From Octopus bimaculoides (lineage: Eukaryota): 64,000 nt of DNA. Made by a program: the position numbers and the translations under genes. Where the stretch lies: assembly GCF_001194135.2 (NCBI RefSeq), contig NC_068984.1, positions 40,261,029-40,325,028 on the forward strand, in the 5' to 3' direction. Positions 1 through 14,883 of this stretch are shown here, one piece after another (within the stretch, counting starts at the first letter, position 1; the number at the start of each line of letters is the position of its first letter). The notes under the pieces are model-generated. The model had not been told where the DNA came from, did not search any database, and saw only the letters and a list, made by a program, of their open reading frames with translations.

Positions 1-859
1 ATATATATATGCACACACATACACACACATATATATATAAATACATGTATATATAGGTATATATATATATGTATATGCATACAGATGTATACATTTAGGT
101 ATATATATATGCTTTTGGTGCAAATTGTTTTCTATTAGGGCGCCGTCAGTTACAATCTTGTAAATAATAATAATGGTATTTTTATATAAGCTTAAAGCTT
201 ATAGCGGTCACCGTGCGATGACTACCGAGAACAGTCTAATAAAGGGGCATATAAGCCTTCGACAGGAAAAAGAATGTTTCCTATCCGTGCCAGATTCCCC
301 TTGTTAACGTGACTGTGTGTGTTACCTTTACATGTATATATTTATATACCTACATATGTTTATTTGTGTGTAAGTGCGTTAGTGTTTATAAACATGTATA
401 TGTGTGTGCATAACTGATGTGCTAATGGTTCCATAAATTTACCATATTGTTTAAGCATCAGATAGCAGGTCTTGTGGTATTCCTTCTGTCCTTCTAGTTC
501 AAATCGTACCAAGGTCAACTTTGCCTTGTATCCTTTCAAGTGTTGATAAAGAATCAGTTTGGTATTGGTATGGATTATCCTCATTCTTTTGCTCTCAGTT
601 GTGCCTGTAATTCACAAGTCCAGCCTTACAAGACTGTGAAACAGAATCAGCCTGATTATTGTATTAAGGGTACACATAACTGTATCATATTTGACTACTT
701 AAATGTTAATTTTATGAGTAGGAATTCAGTTGGTTGAAGAATTGGATGCTTGCCATAAAGTCCGACAGAGAATCAGTTCACTACCACCTTTTGTGTATGT
801 ATATGTATGTATGTGTGTGTGCATGTATACATAGATGTGTGTGTGTATGTGTATATGTA

Positions 860-1215
860 AATCTTTTAAAACTTTTACGCATTTTGTCATTGGACTCTGG
901 CCATGCTGGGTCACTGCCTTGAAGGGGTCTAGTTGAATGAATTATCACCAGTAGTTTTTCTTTTAAAGCATGATACTTATTCTATTTGTATTGGTTGAAC
1001 TGCTTAGTTACGGGGTCATAAACAAACCAACACCGATTGTCAAGCTGTGGTGGGAGGACACATACATACACGCATACGTACATACACATACCAGACGTCT
1101 TCCAGTGTCTGTCTACCAACTCCACTCACAAGGCTTTGGTTGGCCTAGGGCTATAGTGTAAGACACTAGCCCATGGTGCTATGTTGTGAGACTGAATCTG
1201 GAACCAAGCTTCTTA
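860..1215 (-). mobile_element. tRNA-derived SINE, same family as 57835-58275
   Basis: Shared blocks GCCATGCTGG..CACTGCCTTGAAG, CTACCAACTCCACTCACAAGGCTTTGGT and TAGTGTAAGACACT. Confidence 0.75.
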
Positions 1216-4200
1216 AAAGGGTTATTCATGTGATATGTGCTTACAAATGAAAAAGAATGTACTTAATACATAGAATGCATGTATTTTTTGAGAAGCTGAT
1301 GCTTTGTGGATCTTAGTTTCACATTGCCAGTTATTCAAATGATTAAACAAAAGGAAGCAGCTGGATAGTGTGTATGCAAAAATATTCATAACATATTGAA
1401 ATATCATTAGTCATTGAGATTTAATTAGTTTTAGTTTTGTTATGAAAAGAAATAGTAAATTCATCTTAGACCCAATTGGTGCTGTATTTTGTGCATATTT
1501 ATGATAATACAATGAAAGTTATTTATAATTGTAAATGCATTTGATTTAGAATTTTATGAAATTTAAAATGATACTCGACAAAGGTTAGATTGCTCCTGCA
1601 TCAGAGGCAAGAGCTAGTTGAGACATCTGATTTTGCTAAAGTACACAATACACAGTGGTGTAAAACACAAAAAATATACTTTGTTCTAAAGCATAATTTT
1701 GACAAATTCCTAAAAAATTCCATTATAAAATATAGCACAAAGTATAGTTTCAAAAACTATTATGCATTCCTTTATTGTTTATTTCTTTTTCTACTTTAAA
1801 TATACTAAAATGTACTAAAATGGTAAATTATAAGTTAAATACTGTTTTGTATTAGGAGTCTGCAAGTCTGGTGTTACCTTTCATGTAGCGTGTGAAAAAC
1901 AATCTGTTAATTGTATTTTTACTTAAAAAGAAAAATTATTACCATTAAATTGTCTGCCTATTATAACTGCATGAATGTTTTTAAGTCCCTGAATACTTTA
2001 AAACTAGAGCTGTTATTGGTTCAGCGTGTTTTATTATCATTCGGAGTTAATTCTTTAAAAGATAGGCTTGAAATATTGCTAAGTGAAGTAAACAGTTGGA
2101 ATTCATTTGTGTTATATTCTCTAACTACTAGCAGTTATTATTGAAATAAAATAGGGGTAAATAAATTAATAAAAGAAAAAAAAGGACATTTCACTGCAAG
2201 AACACCATCAACAAAGTTGTTTAGCTGCATGCAGTCAGTTCTTAACTGATTCTTAATGGAGTTGTTTCTTAATGGATTGTTATATTGTTATGGGTTCTAA
2301 CAGCATCAGTAGAAAGATAAGGCACAACTTAAGTTTTGACAAATGACATTAAGAAACAGTAGTTTCATATAATTTGTATCTCTTTCACTTCTTCATAGCT
2401 ATCTGACTATGTACATGGTTGCATTGCTGTTTTCTGTACATCAATTTTCTGTTACAGTGCTTTTTGTTTTATTTTGTTTTATATCCATTTTCCATACTTT
2501 TAGCATATTTCTGTTATTGTAGGCACCGTTTTTTTAAACTTTGTTTTAGAGTTGGTAGTCCTATTTTGTCTAACCACTTTACGGGGAAGGCACAAACAAT
2601 AACACTAGCATATTAGTATTTTTTAAACTGATGACCAAATGGTTAACATTCTCATAATCATCATGCATGTATACTAAATCCTCCCTTTTTTTATTTGGAT
2701 CCTCTTTTGACTGTCATTTGTACAAACTCCTCATTGGAAAGCTAAAGCAATTTGCAATGTATTAATTCACTAACAGGCTATGGCTATTCAAATGCTATAA
2801 AATAATACTGTTGTGTAATCAAATATGATTTCATGTATTTAGGTAAACCTGAAATAAAAGGAAAGAAAATATATCTGCTGAAAGAACTTGTCTTATTGGT
2901 TAGAATTTCAGTATCTTTGATAATCATGCCACTAGATTGTGATTAGTAATCTCTGATGAGAAGTGAACCTAGCGTGTTGGATCCTTGATCCCAACTGCTG
3001 AAGTCCCTGTAGTTTACCTGCAGGTTCTATTTTCACAGAAAATCCAATTATGAATTTATTAAACACATCCTATGCGACTTCTGTATGCATGTTTATTCAT
3101 AACCGCACTGTGTTAGCACACTAGTTATTACTAGTTAAAACTCTTTGTTCATATAACAATACCTTTTATGGGCGTCAAGATAATATGCTTTATTACAGTA
3201 ATGTTTCCTTAGAACATTTTGAATTCAGCAAACAATGTGTATTGAATTAGTGAATGTGGTTTGCTAGTTAAATTTTATACTGATCTCTTTACATTATGTA
3301 TTATATTACATAACACAAAAGTGGGGATGTTCTATCTAGTCTCCAGAATATCCAGAAAAAACACTCTACTTTTAATTTTAGAATCACAAATTTCGCAATT
3401 CATTTATTAAGATGGAAATTTTCAAAGAATATATTTGCATACATTGAATATATACTGTGACAAACTAGAAATAACGAAAAAGGAGGGGTGAAAAAAAAAA
3501 AAGAAAAGAAAGAAGCCAGCACCTGCTCAGATACATATTCCCTTGGTTTATGCTCTGATACATTTACCAATTATGTCATCCTCCGTGTGTCAGTTATTAA
3601 TCTCAGTTTAAAAATAGATCCAACAATTTTTGATGAAGATTTTTATTTGTGTTTTTTTTTTATTACTTTTAATTTTTATTTCACTATTGGGAGGCATAGT
3701 AAAAACATTAAACTGCTACAGTGGGAATACCTGTTTATTAGATCAAATCAGCTCATTCTGATGATTTCCCCTGTGTATAATATGTTACTGGTTCCAAGAT
3801 TTTAGTAATTTTATGATTTTTCTTAAAGCAGCTACTGTTTTCCTCCATCTGATAGTTACCAACAGTCATTCTTAGGTAACAACTCAAAATTTATCCAAAT
3901 ATTTTCAAGAATAAACCGACTTCAAATACAATTCAGCAAGTTCTCTTAAATTCAGAAATAAATCAATAGTTTAAGATTTACTCTTGCACACAATCATCTA
4001 AGGCCATTCTTTAGTTTCTATTGTCCATCATTGCTAAGGCCTTGCTGGAGCAAAGCCTATCAATTTATAATCAGTATTATCAACTCACATACAAAACAAC
4101 TTTTTAATATATTAAAAAGATTCCCATAAGGTCATTGGATTTTAAGCCTTGTTACCAATGTTACACACTAATATTGTATAGATTTGATAGTTTAAAAATA

Positions 4201-4411
4201 GACACTTTGAAAATGCCAGAGCAATTTATCTATGTATAAGTTAGTGAAATATCGATATCTTCTTAGACCATAGCTTAAGAAATTATTGTCTATGAGGGTG
4301 TGATTCTCTCTCTCTCTCTCTCACAAGTCACAAACACACACACATACTGTGATAGACATTGACTACCATGGAACTAGAACAGAAAACATGTAAGCATGTG
4401 CCCAAGGTACC

Positions 4412-4444
<33 letters not shown>

Positions 4445-4449
4445 TACAG

Positions 4450-4488
<39 letters not shown>

Positions 4489-5484
4489 CGATGAGAGTTA
4501 GAGGTTGTGAATCCAACCAACTAAGGGATAATATCTATCCAATACACTGCTGGTAGAAAACCCAATTATTAATACACAAGTGTTTTTTTCATTGCATGGC
4601 AATTACACTCAATGTAATAATTGGGTGAAGGTAAAAAGTTGTTTTACCCTTAATTTATATGGTAATAAGAAAATGGAGGGTATCAAGAGGTGGTATTCAT
4701 CAACTTTTAGACATTATATTATGTCTATTTACACACACATACATACAGACACACACACACATACAAGTACCATATATATATATAGTCTTTTTGTGAACTG
4801 GATCTTGAAGTATATAAATGCTATAGATAATAGCATGTAAATATTGGGTTGGAAAACCCTTTTGTGTGTGTGTGCGCATGCGCGCACATGCATGTGTGTA
4901 TATATGTGTGTACATACACACATACATAGATGTATGTGTCTGTATATGTATGTATGTATGTATGTGTGCAAGCATGACTGTGTAGTTTTGGGTTCCACTG
5001 TGTGGTGCCATGCCAAGTGACTTCTGTTGTAACTTCAGAGTGGCCAAAAGCTTGCATGTGGACATAGTAGACAAAAACTTAAAGAAGGCTGTCACATGTG
5101 GTGCATGCATGTATCTGTGTGTTTGTTTACTTTTGCACTTCTCTGACAGTTATAGAGATACAAATTGGGACACTGTTAGCATTTTCTTTGTCAACAAATT
5201 ATCCATTTGCTTTGACCCTATGAAACCATGGGGAATAAGAAATCTATTACTTAAAACACAGGCAAGGGTTAGTGACAGAAAAGGTGTCTGGTTGTAAAGC
5301 AATGAATCAATAATACATTTGTCCAACTGATGCTAGTATGGAAAAATGGTCATACAAAATGAATGAACAATGTGAGTGAGTGTGAGTAGATAGAAATCAC
5401 ATGAAGAAGATTATGAGTTAAGAGGATGGCAAGTAAAATATGGTGGGAAAAACATAGATATATGAAATGAAACAATGGCAAAGA

Positions 5485-5551
<67 letters not shown>

Positions 5552-6844
5552 AGATCTAACATTTCAGGTTTTACTATCTATCCAAGAAAGGTAAAAGAAA
5601 ATGAGAGAAATAAAAGAAAAAGAAATGGAAATGATTTTGAATTTACAACATCTATTTATATTGCAGGCTTGGTGTAAACTGGGAGTTAGGGAGTGGGATA
5701 GTAGGCTGGAAGTGGTGATTCATTCTAGGTCATAGTGAAAGTAAGTGGGCAGAGAATGTGAAGGAGAGAGGAAATATAAGCTGGTGAACAGAGAGGGAGA
5801 AGGAGTAAGAAAGAGATAGGAAATGAGAGGAAGGAGGTTGAGAGAATGAGTGTGGGAAAGAAGGTGAAAGGGGGATAGGACAACTCAAAATATCAGTGAG
5901 AGTGTCTCCAGTGAAATGTAGTATAATGTGCAATGTTGTCATTTATGTAGGTGCTAAAAAATATTTGATGTGTCAAAAAATATAGTGTCATGTATGCATA
6001 TATTTAGTATATGTTTAGTTATATTTAGTAATATAATATATCCAGCTAAAGTTGTAAATATGTATAAAAATATGTGTACATGCACACATACCCATATGTT
6101 TATACACATTTACACACTAATGGTTATTCTTGTGTGTGTAACATGTAGGATTAATGTGTGATTAATAAAGGATATGTTTGTGTGTAATGTATGCATGTGG
6201 TGTTTTATTGTGAAAGGAAATGTGTGCAAGAGATAGTTGATTAGAGCTGTGTGTGTGTGTGTTTTGGTGTAGGATGAGCTATGTATATCAGTGTGTCTGC
6301 AGAGATTGGTCAGTCTTAGGGTTACTTGTTTGTAGGAAGCTGGGCTTCCAAGAATAATATTTGAATGTTAGTTATCTTTTATTTAAAGCAATGGATCTAG
6401 CAAAATGCATTTTTGTTTTGTCTGAAGACCTGTCAGCAACTAATTAATGACAAAGATTATGGTGATGAAGGCAAAGGCAGTATTGATGATGATGATGATG
6501 ATGGTATAAAGGGGGCCAGTAATGATGGTAGATGATGGCGGGGGGGGGGTGATGTATGATGGTGTGTGTGTATATATATATATATTTATGTGTGTATGTG
6601 TATATATATGTAAATAGATAGATATATGTGGACAGATAGATACATGTATATATTCTTTTATTTCATTTCTCACTTCAGTCAGTGGACTGTAGCTGTGCTA
6701 TCGCATTGCCTTCAAAGGTTTTCTAGTCAATCATATCGACCTTAATACTTAATTCAGTCTGGTACTTGTTTTATGAATTTCTATTTATTGAATCGCTAAA
6801 TTAAGCTTTTGACATAAAAGAAAAGCAAGCCCACACACTGGTAG

Positions 6845-6879
<35 letters not shown>

Positions 6880-6960
6880 TATGTATGTGTGCATATCTGT
6901 GTGTATATATATATATTTATATACTCGCACACAGAGACCCGTACAGTGTGTGTGTGTTTG

Positions 6961-7014
<54 letters not shown>

Positions 7015-7569
7015 TACATATATAAAATATATGTACATAATACATATATATATATATATATATATTATACTTTCATTCATATGCACATACATACATAAGT
7101 GAAAGTATACAGTGTAGTGGTATGAATGTTGGCCACATGAGAATCATGTCGAGGGTTTGGTTCTTGAACTGGAGAATGCATAAGTGTACATAAACAAAGC
7201 ATTTCATTTCACATTACTTCAGCTCAGTGTACTGAAAAGGAGTACCAGTGACAGGTTAAATTGGCAACAGACTGGCAACGCATTCAATAGGGCGTCTGGC
7301 ACTAATTGTTACCTAAATACCACAGAGTCACTAGGGTGATCTTTAGCCTCAGAGGACCTTTTGGCTTCAGACAGACTGTTTTTTTTAAATAACTTACTCA
7401 CATTACTTTACATATATTTTACATCATGTATGTGCAATTGCAGTGGTACTATGCCAGTAACCATGGTGAAATTGTCTGACAAAAGTTTTGACACCATATG
7501 AAATCATTTTAAATTTGATGTAAAATTGATAGTTTTATGTGTTATTAATGGCTCCATAATGAATATGCA

Positions 7570-7610
<41 letters not shown>

Positions 7611-9571
7611 ATGGTAACTTTTAAATTCTACTCAATGTAGATGTATTGTAAGAACGCTGAAAACAGACACTTGTGCTAAGAGCATGCATATATCATTAGC
7701 AGATGAGAATTATCTGGTATGGACACCAGAACTGCCAGGTCACGTGATTTCAGTGTACTGTGTATTGTCGGTGAAAGGTTCCCACGCACTGCATACCAGC
7801 CAAATCTCTCTGCCAACACACTATATAGAATAAACAGTGGTTCTCTCAGGATGAATACTGCAATATTTGGCATTCTAACAATAAAACCACATTGGGTGGG
7901 ATATAAGGATTACCACTAGGTATTAATATTGCTTCCATCACTAATATTTATTTTTTAATAAGCTTGTTGACTGTTTGTGATGTCAGTGGCTGAATGGTCA
8001 CTGTTCCCTATGGGAGAAAGTAGTGTATTTATGAACATTTCTGGTGATGAATGGTCTTCAGGAATGAATTAAATTTGTAAACCAAGATTTCACTGTATTT
8101 GTTCTTCTATGTTTCTGTGGCAGCCTTGTTTTACAGTCAGATACCATTTTTGTCATTAATCTCTATCTATCATTCAACTGAAGGATCTTTATTTCTACAT
8201 GTCTTTGAAGATGCAAAGGAGGTGATTTGTTTACAAGGGAAATGACAACATCACTACTTTAGCTTAGTGATTTTCAAAGAAGCCTAAATGTAAACAAACA
8301 CACAAGCATGTACATATGCATGCACGTGCACGCACACACACGTGTGTGTGTGTGCATGTACGTGTATGTGTGTGTGTGGTGGTGGGAGGGGGAAGTCCTC
8401 TATCCCCTTCTTTTTATTATAGTCCACCAAGCCTCAGCAGAAGAGTTCAATTCCAATTGTCTTTGGTAATCCCTGTGTGCTGATGACCTAGTTCTTATTG
8501 AAGAATTTGTAGAATTCTTGAAGAAGAAATGCAGGCTTAGAAGCAAATTCTAGAATGGAAAGGCTTTAAAATATACTTGATAAAGGCTAAATTTAAGTTG
8601 GTAGAAAAGAAGACTAGTCCTTACTACTATCTGGGAAATATTTGTGTTTGATATTCAGAAAAAGAGTAGGTAGTTATTTTATGGTAATGGCATGTGGCCT
8701 ATGAGGTCATTGTCAGTGCCACTGGACTGGCTCGTGCGCAGGCGGTATGTAAAAAACACCTTTTTGAGCATGGCCGTTGCGAGTACTGTGTGATTGGCCC
8801 TCGTGCCGGTGGCATGTAAAAGCACCCACTACACTCTCGGAGTGATTGGCATTAGGAAGGACATCCAGCTGTAGAAACTCTGCCAGATCAGATTGGAGCC
8901 TGGTGCAGCCTTCTGGCTTGCCAGTCTTCAGTCAAATCGTCCAACCCATGCTAGCATGGAAAGCGGATGTTAAACGATGTTGATGATGTTGATGTTGAAT
9001 CATAAGACCATGGTTTCAGTTCCTGGACCAGGCAGTACATTGTGTTTCTGAGTAAAACACTGCATTTCATATTGTTCCAGTTCACTAAGTTGTAAATGAA
9101 TTCTAGCGATATTTGGTAAGTTAATCCTACAATGGACTGACATGCTGTTGAGAGGGGAGTGTTGAAAACTTACTTATGCCATGGAAATGAGGTTAAGCTC
9201 CAGTCTTACAAGTCCTTGGGCTCATAACAAACCTAAGTAATTTCATGGGATGTACCCAGTAAAAACAGTGGTTGCACAACAGCCATAAGCACTAAGTTCA
9301 CCTTCGAATTATGCCATCTGTGCTGCCCCAAGGATCTCAAGAAGTAGTTGGTAACTTTGGTTTCCTAGATGATCTAATTAATGTATTGAGAGTAGTTGTT
9401 CTAAGAGCATAGGTGCCAGTGTCTGAACATGGTAGAGAATGTTCTGTGAGCCATTACCTCTGTTGGTAACAAAGAGTTTTCTTCAGAGTGAAGGGCAGAT
9501 TTCTGGATGATCGTTTGCAAAGTGCAATACTGCACAGTAAGTAGCAAGACCACAGTGGGTTTGTTGAAATT

Positions 9572-9606
<35 letters not shown>

Positions 9607-9711
9607 AATGAAGTGACCATGCTTTTCTGGACGTGTAATGTTAGTGTGCATTAACAATAAAATAGCAACTGAGTGAAAAGACAAAGCATGTATGAGACAA
9701 CACCTATATAT

Positions 9712-9835
9712 CATCATCATTGTCATCGTCGTCATCATCATCATCGTCATCGTCATCATCATCGTCATCGTCATCATCATCATCATCATCGTCGTCGTTA
9801 TCATCATCATCATCATCATCATCGTCATCATCATT
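9712..9835. repeat. Expanded (CAT/CGT)n tract, the tail of a minus-strand RTE-type end
   Basis: The tract runs directly into TTTAATG...TTCTCCATGATTGCATG, the reverse complement of the RTE 3' end. Confidence 0.9.
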
Positions 9836-10127
9836 TAATGCTCACTTCTCCATGATTGCATGTTCCCATAGGATTTATTGAAGTAGATTTTCTACTGCTG
9901 GATGTCATTCCTCTTTCCAATCTTCACCTGTTTTGAAGCAAAGTAATACACCTCCTCCCTACAGACACGTGCATGCACACACAAGAACACAAGCATGCAT
10001 GCACACATCATTCTCAAAGAGTGATCCATTGTTGCTGGCAGTATTAAACTACGATTTCTGTACATCATTCAATACATGGGCTACTATACATGGACAACAT
10101 CTGCAACTCCAAAGCTAAATAGATTAC

Positions 10128-10160
<33 letters not shown>

Positions 10161-10186
10161 GCATGTGTGTGTGCGTGCACACATGT

Positions 10187-10226
<40 letters not shown>

Positions 10227-10628
10227 ATGTGTGTACAAATATATATTTGTGTGTATAAATGTATAAATATGTTTATATATACATATGTTTATAGATGTGT
10301 ATGTATATATGTGTGTGTGTTTTTCTGTATATACACAGAAACACACACATATATTTTGCTGTATGTATGTATGTGTGAATGACACGTATTTTTATTTATG
10401 TGTTTACATATGTGTGATATATGTGTGTGTCTTCCTCTTCATCATCATTTAATGTTTGTTTTCCATGCTGGCATGATCTGGATGATTTGATAGGATCCAG
10501 CAAGCTGGAGGATATATATAGTTATATATTTACATATGTGTGCTTGTGTTTGCATGTATATACATACATACATACATACATACCTATCTGACTATAAGTC
10601 TATCTGTCTATGTATGTATGTATGTATT

Positions 10629-10662
<34 letters not shown>

Positions 10663-11278
10663 NNNNNNNNNNNNNNNNNNNNNNNNNNNNNNNNNNNNNN
10701 NNNNNNNNNNNNNNNNNNNNNNNNNNNNNNNNNNNNNNNNNNNNNNNNNNNNNNNNNNNNNNNNNNNNNNNNNNNNNNNNNNNNNNNNNNNNNNNNNNNN
10801 NNNNNNNNNNNNNNNNNNNNNNNNNNNNNNNNNNNNNNNNNNNNNNNNNNNNNNNNNNNNNNNNNNNNNNNNNNNNNNNNNNNNNNNNNNNNNNNNNNNN
10901 NNNNNNNNNNNNNNNNNNNNNNNNNNNNNNNNNNNNNNNNNNNNNNNNNNNNNNNNNNNNNNNNNNNNNNNNNNNNNNNNNNNNNNNNNNNNNNNNNNNN
11001 NNNNNNNNNNNNNNNNNNNNNNNNNNNNNNNNNNNNNNNNNNNNNNNNNNNNNNNNNNNNNNNNNNNNNNNNNNNNNNNNNNNNNNNNNNNNNNNNNNNN
11101 NNNNNNNNNNNNNNNNNNNNNNNNNNNNNNNNNNNNNNNNNNNNNNNNNNNNNNNNNNNNNNNNNNNNNNNNNNNNNNNNNNNNNNNNNNNNNNNNNNNN
11201 NNNNNNNNNNNNNNNNNNNNNNNNNNNNNNNNNNNNNNNNNNNNNNNNTATTTTTATATATGCATATATATATATATG

Positions 11279-11315
<37 letters not shown>

Positions 11316-13630
11316 GCACACACACACATATATATATCTTCACACACACACACATTTATTGATTGCAAATGTATTTATTTGCTCATCATCATCATTGTCA
11401 TTTTTCTATGCTGGCATGGGTTGGATATTTTGACAAGAGCTGGCTAGCCAGACGACTGCAGCAAGCTCTTCTCCCCCTCACTTGATATAGTTTCTACGGC
11501 TGGATGCCCTGCTTAATACCAGCCATTTTACAATGTGTACTAAGTGGCGCCAGCACCAGCAAGGTCAGCAGGTAATATGCAAAAGAAAGACAAAGTTCCT
11601 CAACTGGATAGGGAGTAGTATTGAGAGAGGTGGCTTCTTGCCTGGTGATGAGAGGTTAAGCTATGATAGAGGGACAGAAACACATGTCTTGGTGTAGAGG
11701 AGATGCATAGCTACTCCAATCAGAGGAGAGAGAGGGATGGAGAGGAGAGAGAGAGAGACAAAGAAAGAAAGAAGGGATAATATTAAATATTATGTATCTG
11801 TATTTATTTATGTATGTTATATATATTTGTATATTTCTCTATATGTTTGTGTGTGCCTGTATGTATGTACGTATATGTTTCCATGTATTTCCATACATAT
11901 ACATAATATTTGTTTGTATTCATTGATGTATATTCGTGTGCATGCACATATGCGTGCATGTGTGTGTGTGTGTGTGTGTGTGATAGTGGGATGCCTGTGT
12001 CTCATGCCTGTTTGAATTAACTTGTTGAAATATATATGTAGTTGTTTCTACGTTCCCCTNNNNNNNNNNNNNNNNNNNNNNNNNNNNNNNNNNNNNNNNN
12101 NNNNNNNNNNNNNNNNNNNNNNNNNNNNNNNNNNNNNNNNNNNNNNNNNNNNNNNNNNNNNNNNNNNNNNNNNNNNNNNNNNNNNNNNNNNNNNNNNNNN
12201 NNNNNNNNNNNNNNNNNNNNNNNNNNNNNNNNNNNNNNNNNNNNNNNNNNNNNNNNNNNNNNNNNNNNNNNNNNNNNNNNNNNNNNNNNNNNNNNNNNNN
12301 NNNNNNNNNNNNNNNNNNNNNNNNNNNNNNNNNNNNNNNNNNNNNNNNNNNNNNNNNNNNNNNNNNNNNNNNNNNNNNNNNNNNNNNNNNNNNNNNNNNN
12401 NNNNNNNNNNNNNNNNNNNNNNNNNNNNNNNNNNNNNNNNNNNNNNNNNNNNNNNNNNNNNNNNNNNNNNNNNNNNNNNNNNNNNNNNNNNNNNNNNNNN
12501 NNNNNNNNNNNNNNNNNNNNNNNNNNNNNNNNNNNNNNNNNNNNNNNNNNNNNNNNNNNNNNNNNNNNNNNNNNNNNNNNNNNNNNNNNNNNNNNNNNNN
12601 NNNNNNNNNNNNNNNNNNNNNNNNNNNNNNNNNNNNNNNNNNNNNNNNNNNNNNNNNNNNNNNNNNNNNNNNNNNNNNNNNNNNNNNNNNNNNNNNNNNN
12701 NNNNNNNNNNNNNNNNNNNNNNNNNNNNNNNNNNNNNNNNNNNNNNNNNNNNNNNNNNNNNNNNNNNNNNNNNNNNNNNNNNNNNNNNNNNNNNNNNNNN
12801 NNNNNNNNNNNNNNNNNNNNNNNNNNNNNNNNNNNNNNNNNNNNNNNNNNNNNNNNNNNNNNNNNNNNNNNNNNNNNNNNNNNNNNNNNNNNNNNNNNNN
12901 NNNNNNNNNNNNNNNNNNNNNNNNNNNNNNNNNNNNNNNNNNNNNNNNNNNNNNNNNNNNNNNNNNNNNNNNNNNNNNNNNNNNNNNNNNNNNNNNNNNN
13001 NNNATGTAAATATTTAAATATGCTTATATATATATATGTATGTATATATATATATGTAAATATTTAAATATGCTTATATATATATATATATATATATATG
13101 CATGTGTATATATATACATATATATGTGTGTGTGTATATGTATGTGTGTATATATGTGTATATGTATGTGTGTATATATGTGTATATGTANNNNNNNNNN
13201 GTGTGTGTGTGTGTGTGTGTGATAGTGGGATGCCTGTGTCTCATGCCTGTTTGAATTAACTTGTTGAAATATATATGTAGTTGTTTCTACGTTCCCCTTT
13301 TGGTTTGGTCCCAGGCATGTTCTTCCTCATTGATTATTTCCCCAGTTATTCTGGTTATTTCAGGGTTCTCTGTTGTCTGCTGTGGGACTAAGTCTGGTTT
13401 TATTGATTCTTTCCTTGCTTTATTTTATATTCAGTTTTTATTTATTTTTTTTATGCTTTTACACCCAATTAAATCTAAATGGACATTTTTATTTGGTTAC
13501 ATCAGGAATTTAGTGACATTAGAATCATTTGATTAGATATTAGCTTGTTAATGAATTATTGATGGAATTGTGACATATATATTAGGAATGTTGTTCATAT
13601 GTACTAATACATACATACATACACACACAC

Positions 13631-13663
<33 letters not shown>

Positions 13664-14847
13664 NNNNNNNNNNNNNNNNNNNNNNNNNNNNNNNNNNNNN
13701 NNNNNNNNNNNNNNNNNNNNNNNNNNNNNNNNNNNNNNNNNNNNNNNNNNNNNNNNNNNNNNNNNNNNNNNNNNNNNNNNNNNNNNNNNNNNNNNNNNNN
13801 NNNNNNNNNNNNNNNNNNNNNNNNNNNNNNNNNNNNNNNNNNNNNNNNNNNNNNNNNNNNNNNNNNNNNNNNNNNNNNNNNNNNNNNNNNNNNNNNNNNN
13901 NNNNNNNNNNNNNNNNNNNNNNNNNNNNNNNNNNNNNNNNNNNNNNNNNNNNNNNNNNNNNNNNNNNNNNNNNNNNNNNNNNNNNNNNNNNNNNNNNNNN
14001 NNNNNNNNNNNNNNNNNNNNNNNNNNNNNNNNNNNNNNNNNNNNNNNNNNNNNNNNNNNNNNNNNNNNNNNNNNNNNNNNNNNNNNNNNNNNNNNNNNNN
14101 NNNNNNNNNNNNNNNNNNNNNNNNNNNNNNNNNNNNNNNNNNNNNNNNNNNNNNNNNNNNNNNNNNNNNNNNNNNNNNNNNNNNNNNNNNNNNNNNNNNN
14201 NNNNNNNNNNNNNNNNNNNNNNNNNNNNNNNNNNNNNNNNNNNNNNNNNNNNNNNNNNNNNNNNNNNNNNNNNNNNNNNNNNNNNNNNNNNNNNNNNNNN
14301 NNNNNNNNNNNNNNNNNNNNNNNNNNNNNNNNNNNNNNNNNNNNNNNNNNNNNNNNNNNNNNNNNNNNNNNNNNNNNNNNNNNNNNNNNNNNNNNNNNNN
14401 NNNNNNNNNNNNNNNNNNNNNNNNNNNNNNNNNNNNNNNNNNNNNNNNNNNNNNNNNNNNNNNNNNNNNNNNNNNNNNNNNNNNNNNNNNNNNNNNNNNN
14501 NNNNNNNNNNNNNNNNNNNNNNNNNNNNNNNNNNNNNNNNNNNNNNNNNNNNNNNNNNNNNNNNNNNNNNNNNNNNNNNNNNNNNNNNNNNNNNNNNNNN
14601 NNNNNNNNNNNNNNNNNNNNNNNNNNNNNNNNNNNNNCTTAACATCATTAAATTTTTGTTTTACAGTCAAGTCTTTTCTTAATTTTTAAAATTTGTTTTT
14701 GCAATATTTTATTGATACTCCAATAATCTTTACCATTCATATCTCTTTTCTGTATAAAATTCCAGAACACACACACACATGTATACATATATATTATACA
14801 TGCATATATATATATATATATATATATCTGTACACCACCTAACACTC

Positions 14848-14883
<36 letters not shown>

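Noticed and set aside
4328-7102. Many 60-140 aa ORFs rich in YI, CV, HT or ER repeats, here and throughout the window
   Set aside because: They are translations of (TA)n, (TG)n, (CA)n and (GA)n microsatellites.
7676-7919. Paired 65-66 aa ORFs in a slightly GC-richer unique patch
   Set aside because: No frame is open from the candidate acceptor, and there is no recognisable homology.
9487-9536. 50-nt + strand exon candidate (CAG acceptor, GTAAGT donor) translating RVKGRFLDDRLQSAILH
   Set aside because: The resemblance to the RELCH RV...FL(E/D)D motif is superficial, and the length and rest of the sequence do not fit the expected exon.
11983-13298. Identical segment of about 77 nt on both sides of a gap (11983-12059 and 13221-13298)
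   Set aside because: It ends exactly at a contig edge and is identical, so it is most likely a contig overlap or assembly artefact rather than a real duplication.
10536-14682. Long ORFs of 239-370 aa in the ORF track (also at about 25.9-26.7, 37.6-38.5 and 44.6-45.1 kb)
   Set aside because: They are runs of X translated from N gaps, not coding sequence.
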